A DNA stretch of 29,770 nucleotides, from the NCBI GenBank assembly GCA_035389045.1, contig DAOORA010000011.1:62001-91770 (forward strand). Direction: 5' to 3'. Origin of the DNA: Bacteroidales bacterium (GTDB lineage Bacteria; Bacteroidota; Bacteroidia; Bacteroidales; CAIWKO01). Each line of letters opens with the position of its first letter. The first letter of the stretch is position 1. Both the position numbers and the translations under genes were made by a program. Positions 17,846 through 26,850 of the stretch are shown piece after piece. A model generated the notes under the pieces. That model had not been told where the DNA came from, made no database searches, and was given only the letters and a program-made list of their open reading frames with translations.

Positions 17846-18553
17846 ATGCAACAAAATACAAATAAAAATCTCCTGATCATTTATCAGGACACCCCTAAAA
17901 ATTTAAATACCGGCATATTGAACAGTTTGTTTGATGTAATGATTGTTCCTAAGGTAGCCGAATTAAATCTCCAGGATTTCAAACTCAAAGGCAATCCCCT
18001 GGTAACAAGCTATAATGATATACTGTATGCAACAGATCCGGATTTGGTTTTTTTTATAAGTTCTTCGGAATTCAATAATCAGCTTGTAAAAAAGTTTTTG
18101 AGTTTTAATGGATTGGATAAGGACTTTGATTTTTTCCTCAGCACTAAAAAGTATACGCTGATCAGTTCACTTTCAGGCTTGGTAGTAAAAAAAGAAGTCC
18201 TTTTAAGGATGGGTTTCCTGGGCAAACATACATTCAATAATTTATATTTAAATTTTCTGATCAACTATTCGCTTTTTTATGGAATGGTTCCCGAATACGC
18301 CTTCCATAAGCTTAAAATAGCAAGCCGGGATTTTAAAACATATTCATACTGGAACTATTATGAGGATAAATTTTACCAGAGCAACCCATTATATAAAAAT
18401 ATTTATATAAGTATTGGCCCCGGAATGGATGCTGCCCTCACAAACAATTTTATTAAAAAAAGAATTGCGTCTTCCATGAAAAAGAAAATGAGTACATCCT
18501 TATCTGAAATTGATAATTTCATTTATGCCAATACTTTTCTGGCATATTGGTAG
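17846..18553 (+). CDS. Hypothetical protein (possibly degenerate GT-A-like)
   Basis: ~235-aa ORF co-oriented with the radical SAM genes; ATG at 17846 (ORF track from 17837). 'GLVVKKEVLLRMG' is reminiscent of GT2 core motifs. Confidence 0.6.
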   Translation: MQQNTNKNLLIIYQDTPKNLNTGILNSLFDVMIVPKVAELNLQDFKLKGNPLVTSYNDILYATDPDLVFFISSSEFNNQLVKKFLSFNGLDKDFDFFLSTKKYTLISSLSGLVVKKEVLLRMGFLGKHTFNNLYLNFLINYSLFYGMVPEYAFHKLKIASRDFKTYSYWNYYEDKFYQSNPLYKNIYISIGPGMDAALTNNFIKKRIASSMKKKMSTSLSEIDNFIYANTFLAYW

Positions 18554-18586
18554 TTTTAAATTAGTTAACAGAAATAAATAAAAGCA

Positions 18587-19687
18587 ATGAATGAAAATCT
18601 GGAATTAAACATTAAAGAATTGTATGAGAATAAGACAATTCTTAAATCATATCCTATTAAAATATTTCTGGAAATCAGCCAAAAATGCAACCTAAAATGC
18701 ATTATGTGCGATCATGAGAATTATTCATCTGAACAAAAAGATTTTTCAATAGAATTATTCGACAAGATTAAACCCGTGTTGCATAAGGCAGAAGAAGTTA
18801 ATTTTTTTATGGTTGGGGAACCTACATTGTCAGAATACCTGCTTGGGTTTCTTGAGGACACAAAAACATATTCCTTTGTCCCTAAAATATTTACGAATGG
18901 AACGATTCTCAATGAAAAAATATTAAATGCTTTTGACGAACGGGGCATGTTCCTTAATATTTCTATTGAAGCGGCCACCCCTAAAATATATGAATTAATC
19001 AGAGGGGTTTCCTGGGAACACTTTGAACGCAACGTTATAAAATATGCAGACAGATATAAGCATCGGAAAAATGACAGGTTTCATATCCGCCTCAGCAGTT
19101 CTGTTGCTATTGATCACATATCTGAAGTGGTTAATTTAGTTGAGTTTGCAAGGAAAATGGAAATCCGGGATATTTTTATTGCGGCTATTGATAATTGGAT
19201 TGTATCAAACAGGCACCTTACCGTCGATGCTAAAAAAGCTGTTTTCTATTTCAATAAGGGAAGAGAACTTGCCGACAAATACGGTATCCGGTTTTCGTGT
19301 CCGAGAAAAATCGGGGATTATGTTATTGAAAACAATAATAACTGGAAAGATTTTCCATTGCCCGTAGATAAGTATACCAATACTTATTCTGAATCATTCA
19401 ACCCGAACCCGTTTACCAAAGAATGCGGTTTTCCTTGGATACAAACGGTAATCAGAGCCAATGGCGATGTGCTCGCATGTTGCCAGGGACGGCATCTCAT
19501 GGGCAATTTAAATGAGAATACGTTTGATAACATATGGAATGGGGCTAAATATCAGGCTTTAAGAGCCCAATCTAACTTTGACCACTGCTTGGGGGTGGGA
19601 TGCAATATGATTTATTACTCTGTATGGGCGCATCAAATGTCAAAATCAACACCTCCTCCGGAAATGTTTTTTTGTAATAAGCCCTGA
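18587..19687 (+). CDS. Radical SAM protein with SPASM/Twitch domain
   Basis: CNLKCIMC, GEP, TNGT, ISIEA; C-terminal CGFPW...NGDVLACC...MGNL...IWNG...C...C. Confidence 0.9.
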   Translation: MNENLELNIKELYENKTILKSYPIKIFLEISQKCNLKCIMCDHENYSSEQKDFSIELFDKIKPVLHKAEEVNFFMVGEPTLSEYLLGFLEDTKTYSFVPKIFTNGTILNEKILNAFDERGMFLNISIEAATPKIYELIRGVSWEHFERNVIKYADRYKHRKNDRFHIRLSSSVAIDHISEVVNLVEFARKMEIRDIFIAAIDNWIVSNRHLTVDAKKAVFYFNKGRELADKYGIRFSCPRKIGDYVIENNNNWKDFPLPVDKYTNTYSESFNPNPFTKECGFPWIQTVIRANGDVLACCQGRHLMGNLNENTFDNIWNGAKYQALRAQSNFDHCLGVGCNMIYYSVWAHQMSKSTPPPEMFFCNKP

Positions 19688-19881
19688 TCTTATGCATTCA
19701 GTATTGTTCAGCAGGAATTTATAAAAAATTTTTTAAGATGAATTTGATCTGAGGAATGGGTTCATTTATAAAGTCTGCAAAAGATCCGGCTGCAAATAAT
19801 ATCTATCTGGTTCAGCCTGTTTTTTCAAATTAATTCTTCATATTTTTATTTTAAATTGTTCCAGTAAATAATTTTAAGTAA

Positions 19882-20958
19882 ATGGCCGCTTCAATAAGAC
19901 CAAAGAAATCAAAATTGCTTGTTACATTAGCTGATGAACATTTTATTCAACAGGCCAGGCAATTATTTTCAAGTGTCTATTGGAATGCAGGATGGGACGG
20001 AGACTACATGCTTCTGAGCCATGACATTCCGGAAGAAAAATTAAAATGGTTCATCGATAAGGGAATCCTGATTATGAAATGCAAACCATTTTATTTTGGC
20101 GCTATGGGGGATGATGATTATCCGAATTGTGTTTTGGATAAACTTTATCTTTTTACTGAAGAATTCAAAAAATGGGAACTGGTTGTTTTTCTTGACTCAG
20201 ATATTATTGTCAAAGCATCTTTGGATAAATTGTGTAAAACAAAAAGGTTTTCCAGCCCCCAAACATGCAATAAAAACTTTTGGGATTATTTTTCAAAAGA
20301 TGATTGCAACGTGCTTGAAAATTTACAGAAAGAATATAATCTTTACCGACCGGCTTTCAATTCAGGAGTAATATCGTTTGATACGAGAATAATTGAGCAC
20401 GACACCGTTGACAGATTAATTTCTATTTTCAAGAAATATGCAAAAATCTCAAACGGTGATGACTCTATATTGAATTTATTTTTTTATGACCAATGGGAAA
20501 AAATCCCCTTGGTTTATAATTCAATAGCATATTCACATGATCAAAAAAAACACAAGGCGATCATTCTGCACTTCAATAATCCGGTGTTGTGGCAAAAAAA
20601 AAATCTGAGGCCATGGGATAAGGGAAATCTCTATTACGAAGAATGGAAAACCAATCTTGACAAAGCCGAATTTATTGATTTAAATAAAAAACAAAGAGGA
20701 AAAAAATGGAATATCGTTCAAATATATTATTATTCATTCGTTTTAAAAACGTTTTTTTTCAAATATCGCATAAAAAAGCAAATAAAATCTTCACCCTTCC
20801 GAATCAAGATGGCATCTTTTTTACGCTACAAACTTCCCGCGTTTTTTGATTATATTAAAAAAACGCCGGACAGGCTTATAGGGAAAATTGGCATGTGGAT
20901 AAAAAAAAACAATGCAGGTTTATACAATAAATTAGTAAAAATAAAAGGTCGAAAATAA
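19882..20958 (+). CDS. Glycosyltransferase family 8, paralog 1 of 6
   Basis: FLDSD (DxD), FNSGV, GDDSILN, IILHF..RPW. Confidence 0.88.
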   Translation: MAASIRPKKSKLLVTLADEHFIQQARQLFSSVYWNAGWDGDYMLLSHDIPEEKLKWFIDKGILIMKCKPFYFGAMGDDDYPNCVLDKLYLFTEEFKKWELVVFLDSDIIVKASLDKLCKTKRFSSPQTCNKNFWDYFSKDDCNVLENLQKEYNLYRPAFNSGVISFDTRIIEHDTVDRLISIFKKYAKISNGDDSILNLFFYDQWEKIPLVYNSIAYSHDQKKHKAIILHFNNPVLWQKKNLRPWDKGNLYYEEWKTNLDKAEFIDLNKKQRGKKWNIVQIYYYSFVLKTFFFKYRIKKQIKSSPFRIKMASFLRYKLPAFFDYIKKTPDRLIGKIGMWIKKNNAGLYNKLVKIKGRK

Positions 20959-20973
20959 AAGGAACTAATACTC

Positions 20974-21081
20974 ATGTATGTCATTGATTTTCTATGCATG
21001 TGTGTCAGGAGTAATGAAGTTGCTAATAAATACAATCCGGTTTTGTATCAGAAACTAAAAAAACAAAGGGGTGAAAAGTAA
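20974..21081 (+). pseudogene. 35-codon ORF ending in a GT8-array-type C-terminal tail (probable remnant of a deleted paralog)
   Basis: MYVIDFLCMCVRSNEVANKYNPVLYQKLKKQRGEK*; compare KNPVLYNRLLKIK, KYSPNLYKKLRK and NNAGLYNKLVKIKGRK. It overlaps the GTG start at 21071. Confidence 0.55.
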
Positions 21082-22111
21082 AAGAGACTTGTTGGTAACA
21101 TTAGCTGACAGAAACTATATTCAACAGTCGAAGCAGCTTTTTTCCAGTGTTTATTGGAATGCAGGGTGGACAGGAGATTATATGCTGCTCAGTCATGAGA
21201 TTCCCGAAGAAGATCTGAAATGGTTTCGTGATAAGGGAATTTTAGTCAAAGAATGTAAGCCGCTTGATAATAAATCGATCACTTACGTTTATCCGCCCGT
21301 AGTTCTTGATAAATTCTACCTGTTTACCGAAGAGTTCAAAGCATGGGAAACTATTGTTTTTCTTGATTCAGACATCATTGTTAAGGCGCCCATTGACGGG
21401 TTAACAAAAATAAAAAGCCTGGGGGCCGCACAGGATCTGTATTTTAATAAATTACACACCCAACTGTATAATCCTGGGAAAAATTGTTTTAACAATAAAG
21501 TTTATGATCTTAATATCCCTGCCTATAATACAGGCGTATTTGCCTTTAACACCCGTATTATAAAACCGGAAACTTTTGATGAGTTGGACCATTTTTTCAA
21601 AGATAATGTTGCAGAATTTAAGTACCTGGACCAGGCAACATTAAATCTGGTCTTTTATAAACAATGGGAAAAACTGCCAAAAATATATAATATTTTTTAT
21701 GTGTACCCCCATTTCTGGTTGCCCCGTATATTGAAATATCCCATAATCCATTTCGTTAAATGTCCGGAGCATCCTTTATTATGGGATATAAAAAATCCCT
21801 TTTATGCCGAATGGAAAAAAAATCTGGAAAGAGCGGAATTAATGAATTTGGGGGAAATACAAAAAGTAAAAAAATGGGGTGCCTGTAAAATCAATTTGTT
21901 CTCATTTTTGTTCACTGTTCACTTACACATATATCTGGCGCCATACCGGCTAAAACATATTTTTTTCATTTACGATATACAGTCGTTTTTTAAATTCCGA
22001 ATTCAATATTTTTTTGCAGAAGCCATAAAAACCCCCAACCGCCTCATTGGTAAACTAGGAGCAAGAATACAAAAATACAGCCCGAATTTATATAAAAAAC
22101 TTAGAAAATAA
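21071..22111 (+). CDS. Glycosyltransferase family 8, paralog 2 of 6
   Basis: FLDSD, YNTGV, LDQATLN, IIHF. Confidence 0.88.
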   Translation: MKSKRDLLVTLADRNYIQQSKQLFSSVYWNAGWTGDYMLLSHEIPEEDLKWFRDKGILVKECKPLDNKSITYVYPPVVLDKFYLFTEEFKAWETIVFLDSDIIVKAPIDGLTKIKSLGAAQDLYFNKLHTQLYNPGKNCFNNKVYDLNIPAYNTGVFAFNTRIIKPETFDELDHFFKDNVAEFKYLDQATLNLVFYKQWEKLPKIYNIFYVYPHFWLPRILKYPIIHFVKCPEHPLLWDIKNPFYAEWKKNLERAELMNLGEIQKVKKWGACKINLFSFLFTVHLHIYLAPYRLKHIFFIYDIQSFFKFRIQYFFAEAIKTPNRLIGKLGARIQKYSPNLYKKLRK

Positions 22112-23164
22112 ATGGTTGAAGGTAGAAGAAATCTGCTCGTAACTTTGGCAGATAAAAAATATCTGAATGAAGCAAAACAATTATTTTCGAGTGTTTACTG
22201 GAATGCCGGATGGCAGTGGGATTACATGTTGCTCAGCCATGAAATTCCAGACGAAGACTTATTATGGTTTAAAAATAAAGGAATATTAATTAAAGATTGT
22301 ACCCCTTTATTTGATAGAAAAACCGGAGAATTCGATTATCCTCCGGTAATCTTTGATAAGTTTTATTTGTTTACGCCAGAGTTTAAAAAGTGGCAGACTG
22401 TAATTTTTCTGGATTCGGATATTATTGTAAAAGGGTCTCTTGACCAACTAACCAAAATCAAATATTTCGGTGCGGTTCAGGATATTTACTTTAATAAACT
22501 CTACGCTCATTTTTTTAATCCTGATAAGAACAAATACCTGGACAAAACTTATAATCTTAATGTTGCAGCATTCAACTCGGGAGTGTTCTGTTTCAACACG
22601 GCGATAATCACTCCTCAACTTTTTTCCGAATTAAACAAGCTCGTAAAAAACCACATTTCCGATTTCCGTTATCCCGAGCAGGCGGCATTAAATCTGGCCT
22701 TTTACGGAAAATGGAAAAAAATGCCGTGGATTTACAATACCTACCTGATTTTTCATAAGTTCAAACTTCCGAAAAAAATAAAACCCATCAATTTACATTT
22801 TTTTGCCACACAAAACAATCCGCTATGGAATCCGGAGAACCCATTCTATCAGGAGTGGGTCATTAATAGGGAAAGATCTGAATATATTGATTTGAACAAA
22901 ATACAAAAAGTAAAAAAATGGAATCCCGTTAAAATCTGGTTTTACAATTTGAAGATGTATGTTTTAATCCTGGGAACTTTAGCACCAGATAGAATTAAAA
23001 AATTCTTTTACATTTATGATATTTGCTCATTCTTTGTTCATATAGTACCCTACAATATACAAAGTATTAAAAAAACGACAATCAGGTTTTTCGGTAAAAT
23101 TGGAACTGTTGTTCGAAAACAATATCCGAATTTTTATAATAAAATTAGACGTTTGATTAAATAG
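22112..23164 (+). CDS. Glycosyltransferase family 8, paralog 3 of 6
   Basis: FLDSD, FNSGV, PEQAALN, NLHF; abuts the previous stop (TAAATG). Confidence 0.88.
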   Translation: MVEGRRNLLVTLADKKYLNEAKQLFSSVYWNAGWQWDYMLLSHEIPDEDLLWFKNKGILIKDCTPLFDRKTGEFDYPPVIFDKFYLFTPEFKKWQTVIFLDSDIIVKGSLDQLTKIKYFGAVQDIYFNKLYAHFFNPDKNKYLDKTYNLNVAAFNSGVFCFNTAIITPQLFSELNKLVKNHISDFRYPEQAALNLAFYGKWKKMPWIYNTYLIFHKFKLPKKIKPINLHFFATQNNPLWNPENPFYQEWVINRERSEYIDLNKIQKVKKWNPVKIWFYNLKMYVLILGTLAPDRIKKFFYIYDICSFFVHIVPYNIQSIKKTTIRFFGKIGTVVRKQYPNFYNKIRRLIK

Positions 23165-23361
23165 CATCGGTGATCGTATTGACAAAAAACAAGGATTTCC
23201 CCATAAAAAATATGATTGTAAAATACATATCAATAAGGAATTGTAAAGATTTTACCTGAATCTGACATGTTTTTTTACAAAGTCAAAAAATACAAAAACC
23301 CTTATATTCAAGGCCGTTTTCCCTGAACCGCATAAGGAAGGAAAAGATAAAGATTGTTCTT

Positions 23362-23499
23362 TTAGGCCGTATTGGCGCGCACTCAAGCTGGTAAGACTAC
23401 CTTCTATGTAATAGGTTCCAGCCCGCACTGTCTTTTCGGTATAAGAAGACACAGACTCAACCATCAATGTTGGGTTGTGTCCAGTGTTTTATAGCCTAA
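23362..23499. ncRNA. Candidate structured non-coding element of unknown class (strand uncertain, minus slightly favoured)
   Basis: GC-richer island in an AT-rich spacer. Terminal ttaggc/gcctaa stem; internal stems gctgg/ccagc, acct/aggt, cactg/cagtg and gacaca-actcaac/gttgggt-tgtgtc. Confidence 0.35.
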
Positions 23500-23610
23500 T
23501 GTGATCATTCAAAATCAAGAAACTAAAAATTATAAAAAAATATGCCGGCACCCCTTGCTAAAAATATTTGTCGTAAACAAAGTGCTTTTTTCAAGATAAA
23601 AAATAAGTAC

Positions 23611-23733
23611 AGGGCGCTTCTAAAAACAAAAAGTTTGAGGCAGTCGAAGTTCTGAAAACCTCAGTGTACTGTGCGTATAGGAGGATTTAAAGAACAAAGA
23701 CAAACGGAGAAATTGAAGTTTTAGAGGTGCCCT
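23611..23733. mobile_element. MITE-like palindromic element (123 bp)
   Basis: TIRs agggcgcttctaaaa / ttttagaggtgccct are 13/15 complementary; internal gaggcag...cagtgtac..gtataggagga...aacggag. Confidence 0.7.
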
Positions 23734-23979
23734 TTATAATGTAACAATTTGTAATGATTTTCCGTATAATGCTATAATGATGGTTTTATTTTGATTTGGT
23801 AATGCAGTTTTTTTATTTATGTCATTCATTGTATAATCACTTTGTTATATCACATCATCAGAATAAAATTATTATGAGTTTGCATTTTGTTATTTTTTTT
23901 ACAAACTATTTTTTATATTAATTTTTTTGTCGTCATTTTTTTATTTTTTGTATTCATTATTTGCTTGAAGTACGTTTTT

Positions 23980-24011
23980 TTTGGGGTATTATAATATTTT
24001 TCATATCTTTG
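23980..24011 (+). promoter_or_regulatory. Canonical Bacteroidota primary-sigma promoter (-33 TTTG, 20-nt spacer, -7 TATCTTTG)
   Basis: tttg at 23980-23983 and tatctttg at 24004-24011; points toward GT8 paralogs 4-6. Confidence 0.65.
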
Positions 24012-24074
24012 CAACGAATTATTTTCAGTTATTATCCCGAAACAGGGTTTTATGCTACATAATATAAATATAAA

Positions 24075-24305
24075 ATGGGAACAAGCAACAGTGTTTATTT
24101 TAAGTTTAAGACATACTGCAGCGTTATTTTCGGCCCGTCTGTAAGCATAAAAAATCATCTTACTCCAAACCAACTGAAATCGCCACAAAAAACTCTTACT
24201 TACCCTGCTGTGAAAAAAATTATCAATAAAACAGGTTTTTTCGCTAAGAATTGCTTGCTATCTGGATCTTTTATCAGCATGACGGACTGTAATATCGTCT
24301 TGTAA
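24075..24305 (+). CDS. Small hypothetical protein (76 aa), uncertain
   Basis: ATG-start ORF ~60 nt downstream of the canonical promoter, with an A-rich upstream context; no recognisable domain. Confidence 0.3.
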   Translation: MGTSNSVYFKFKTYCSVIFGPSVSIKNHLTPNQLKSPQKTLTYPAVKKIINKTGFFAKNCLLSGSFISMTDCNIVL

Positions 24306-24479
24306 AAATATTTAGTAAAGTTACGTTTGTTTTGATTAAAAACCATTTACGAAAGGATCGGCTCAATATAATCATCCAACAAAACAAATAAATATATAAA
24401 TATATAAATTCAAGATTCCCCTGATATGGAACATATTTAAAAAGAACAGGTGTTATCCAAACAGAACATAAATAAAAAA

Positions 24480-25520
24480 GTGACATTGGCAAAAAAAAGT
24501 AATTTACTGGTCACTCTGGCTGATAAAAATTACGTTCAGCAGGCCAAACAACTGTTTTCAAGTGTTTACTGGAATGCCGGATGGGATGGCGACTATATGC
24601 TTCTGGCCCATGAAATTCCGGAAGAAGAACTGAAGTGGTTTCGTGAAAAAGGCATTTTGATAAAGATTTGCGAGCCTTTAGAAGACAAAAAAGAAAAATA
24701 TGTTTACGCTCCGGTGGTTCTGGATAAATTCTATCTGTTTACCGAAGAGTTTAAACAATGGAAGAATATTGTTTTTTTGGATTCAGACATTATTGTCCAA
24801 TCGTCGTTGGATGGGTTAACAAAAATTGAAAATTTCGGTGCGGTCAGGGATATCGATTTTAAACTGTTAGATACATACTTTTTTAACCCGGAAAAAATAC
24901 AATCCAAAAATATAAATTACAAATTAAATGTGCCTGCTTTTAATTCCGGAGTTTTTTCATTTAATACGGATATCATTACTCCGGACATGTTCCGCGAATT
25001 AAACAGGCTTTTTTCCGAAAATCACAAAGAATTTAAATACCTGGATCAGGCAACCCTAAACCTTTATTTTAATAACAACTGGCAAAAATTACCATTGCTC
25101 TATAATATTTTTGTGGTTTGCTTTAATTTCAGGTTACCGGCTAAGATACAAGGTATCATCCTGCACTTTATTACAACCCCGGATCATCATCCGGCCTTAT
25201 GGTCTCCAGAAAATCCTTATTATCACGAATGGAAAGCAAATCTGGAGAAAGCAGAATTAATTGACCTCACAAAAATTCCAAAAGTAAAAAAAATGAAGGT
25301 CTTACAGATGCAATATTATTCTGTTCTCTTGAAGATTTTATCCCACGAACATATCAGGCACAAAATACATATCTTTCAAATCAATTATTACAAATTCTCA
25401 ACTTCTTTAAAACATCTCTTTGGTTTGCCCAAACGTATGATTGGATTTTACGGAAGTATTATAAAAGATAAAAATCCTGTCTTATATAATAGATTATTAA
25501 AAATTAAAAATAAAACATAA
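24480..25520 (+). CDS. Glycosyltransferase family 8, paralog 4 of 6
   Basis: Start probably GTG 24480 or TTG 24486 by alignment (ORF track from 24450); FLDSD, FNSGV, LDQATLN, IILHF. Confidence 0.88.
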   Translation: MTLAKKSNLLVTLADKNYVQQAKQLFSSVYWNAGWDGDYMLLAHEIPEEELKWFREKGILIKICEPLEDKKEKYVYAPVVLDKFYLFTEEFKQWKNIVFLDSDIIVQSSLDGLTKIENFGAVRDIDFKLLDTYFFNPEKIQSKNINYKLNVPAFNSGVFSFNTDIITPDMFRELNRLFSENHKEFKYLDQATLNLYFNNNWQKLPLLYNIFVVCFNFRLPAKIQGIILHFITTPDHHPALWSPENPYYHEWKANLEKAELIDLTKIPKVKKMKVLQMQYYSVLLKILSHEHIRHKIHIFQINYYKFSTSLKHLFGLPKRMIGFYGSIIKDKNPVLYNRLLKIKNKT

Positions 25521-25580
25521 ACAAATATGCTATATCAATCCTTTTTCATGGGCGACCAGTGAGAACAATGAATTAAAAAA

Positions 25581-26621
25581 ATGTGCAGCATGGATAAAAG
25601 AAGAAACCTGTTGGTTACCCTGGCCGATAAGCATTATGTATCCCAGGCCAAACAGCTGTTTTCAAGTGTATACTGGAATGCGGGCTGGAAAGGGGATTTG
25701 ATGCTGCTGAGCCATGACATTCCGGATAGTGACCTGAAATGGTTTACTGACAAAAACATCCTTGTGAAAAAGTGCAACCCGATAAGCGACAAACGAATCG
25801 GATTAAATTATCATCCGGCGGTTCTTGACAAGTTCTATTTGTTTACCGAAGAGTTCAAAAAATGGAAAAACATTATTTTTCTTGATTCAGATATCATTGT
25901 AAGGTCATCTATTGATTATCTGACACAGGTTAAAAGTATCGGAGCTGTCAGGGATGTCAATTTAAGCAAATTAGGTTCACATTTTTTTGACCTCCCAAAA
26001 AATCAGTCAGGAACGTGTATTTACGATATGAAAACCTCTGCTTTTAATTCCGGTGTCATTTCCTTCAACACAGATATCATTACGCCCGAGACCTTCAATG
26101 AATTATGCAGTCTTTTCAATGAACATTCCGGCAACTCAAAATACGGGGAACAACCTGTATTGAACCTCTACTTTTATAAGAAGTGGGAGCATCTGCCCCT
26201 GATCTATAACCTTTTTATTATCTCTTTTAATTTAAAATTACCCAGGCGCTTTAAGAGTATCATCATTCATTTTCTTCACGGAAAAGATCACCCTGCATTA
26301 TGGGATACCGCCAATCCTTTTTATGCCGAATGGAAAACGAACCTTGAAAAGGCAGATTTAATTGATCCGGGGAAAATCCAAAAATCAAAACATTTGAACA
26401 CTTTTCAGATAACGTTTTATTCTGTTTTATTAAAAATAATGTCGTACATACGTATCCGCCAGTTCATATATAGCGCCTATCGCGGCTCAGGCATTTTTAA
26501 AGCCTTTATCATAAATATCATTAATACTCCGAACAGACTCATTGGAATAATTGGTAATCATCTAAAAAGAAATAATTCTGATTTATATTATAGATTAAAA
26601 AAAATAAAAGACGGAAAATAA
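25581..26621 (+). CDS. Glycosyltransferase family 8, paralog 5 of 6
   Basis: FLDSD, FNSGV, GEQPVLN, IIIHF; alternative start ATG 25590. Confidence 0.88.
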   Translation: MCSMDKRRNLLVTLADKHYVSQAKQLFSSVYWNAGWKGDLMLLSHDIPDSDLKWFTDKNILVKKCNPISDKRIGLNYHPAVLDKFYLFTEEFKKWKNIIFLDSDIIVRSSIDYLTQVKSIGAVRDVNLSKLGSHFFDLPKNQSGTCIYDMKTSAFNSGVISFNTDIITPETFNELCSLFNEHSGNSKYGEQPVLNLYFYKKWEHLPLIYNLFIISFNLKLPRRFKSIIIHFLHGKDHPALWDTANPFYAEWKTNLEKADLIDPGKIQKSKHLNTFQITFYSVLLKIMSYIRIRQFIYSAYRGSGIFKAFIINIINTPNRLIGIIGNHLKRNNSDLYYRLKKIKDGK

Positions 26622-26850
26622 CAACATATGAATTACAGTTAAACGCCCCCGGAACAAAACGACTAAATTTCAGAAACATGTCATCACTTTTTGATTAAAA
26701 CTAATTGATAAAACACTTTCCTTATGACAACAACCTGTTTTCCTCCTTATAAATTTGAATTTAATACTGTTAGAAGTCGAATTTAATATATTGTTTAATA
26801 ATATATAAAACTAGCCGGTTTGAATGATCGTATAAAATAAACCAATCGAC

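Noticed and set aside
20594..20603. A10 tract in GT8 paralog 1 (also T8-T9 runs near 3534-3571)
   Set aside because: Frames are intact and such runs are expected in AT-rich, Lys-rich coding DNA; slippage would need read evidence.
23252..23467. 71-aa minus-strand ORF
   Set aside because: No recognisable protein features; overlaps the structured element, which explains the composition better.
23362..23499. Retron msr-msd interpretation of the IR-closed element
   Set aside because: No adjacent reverse transcriptase and the closing repeat is short.
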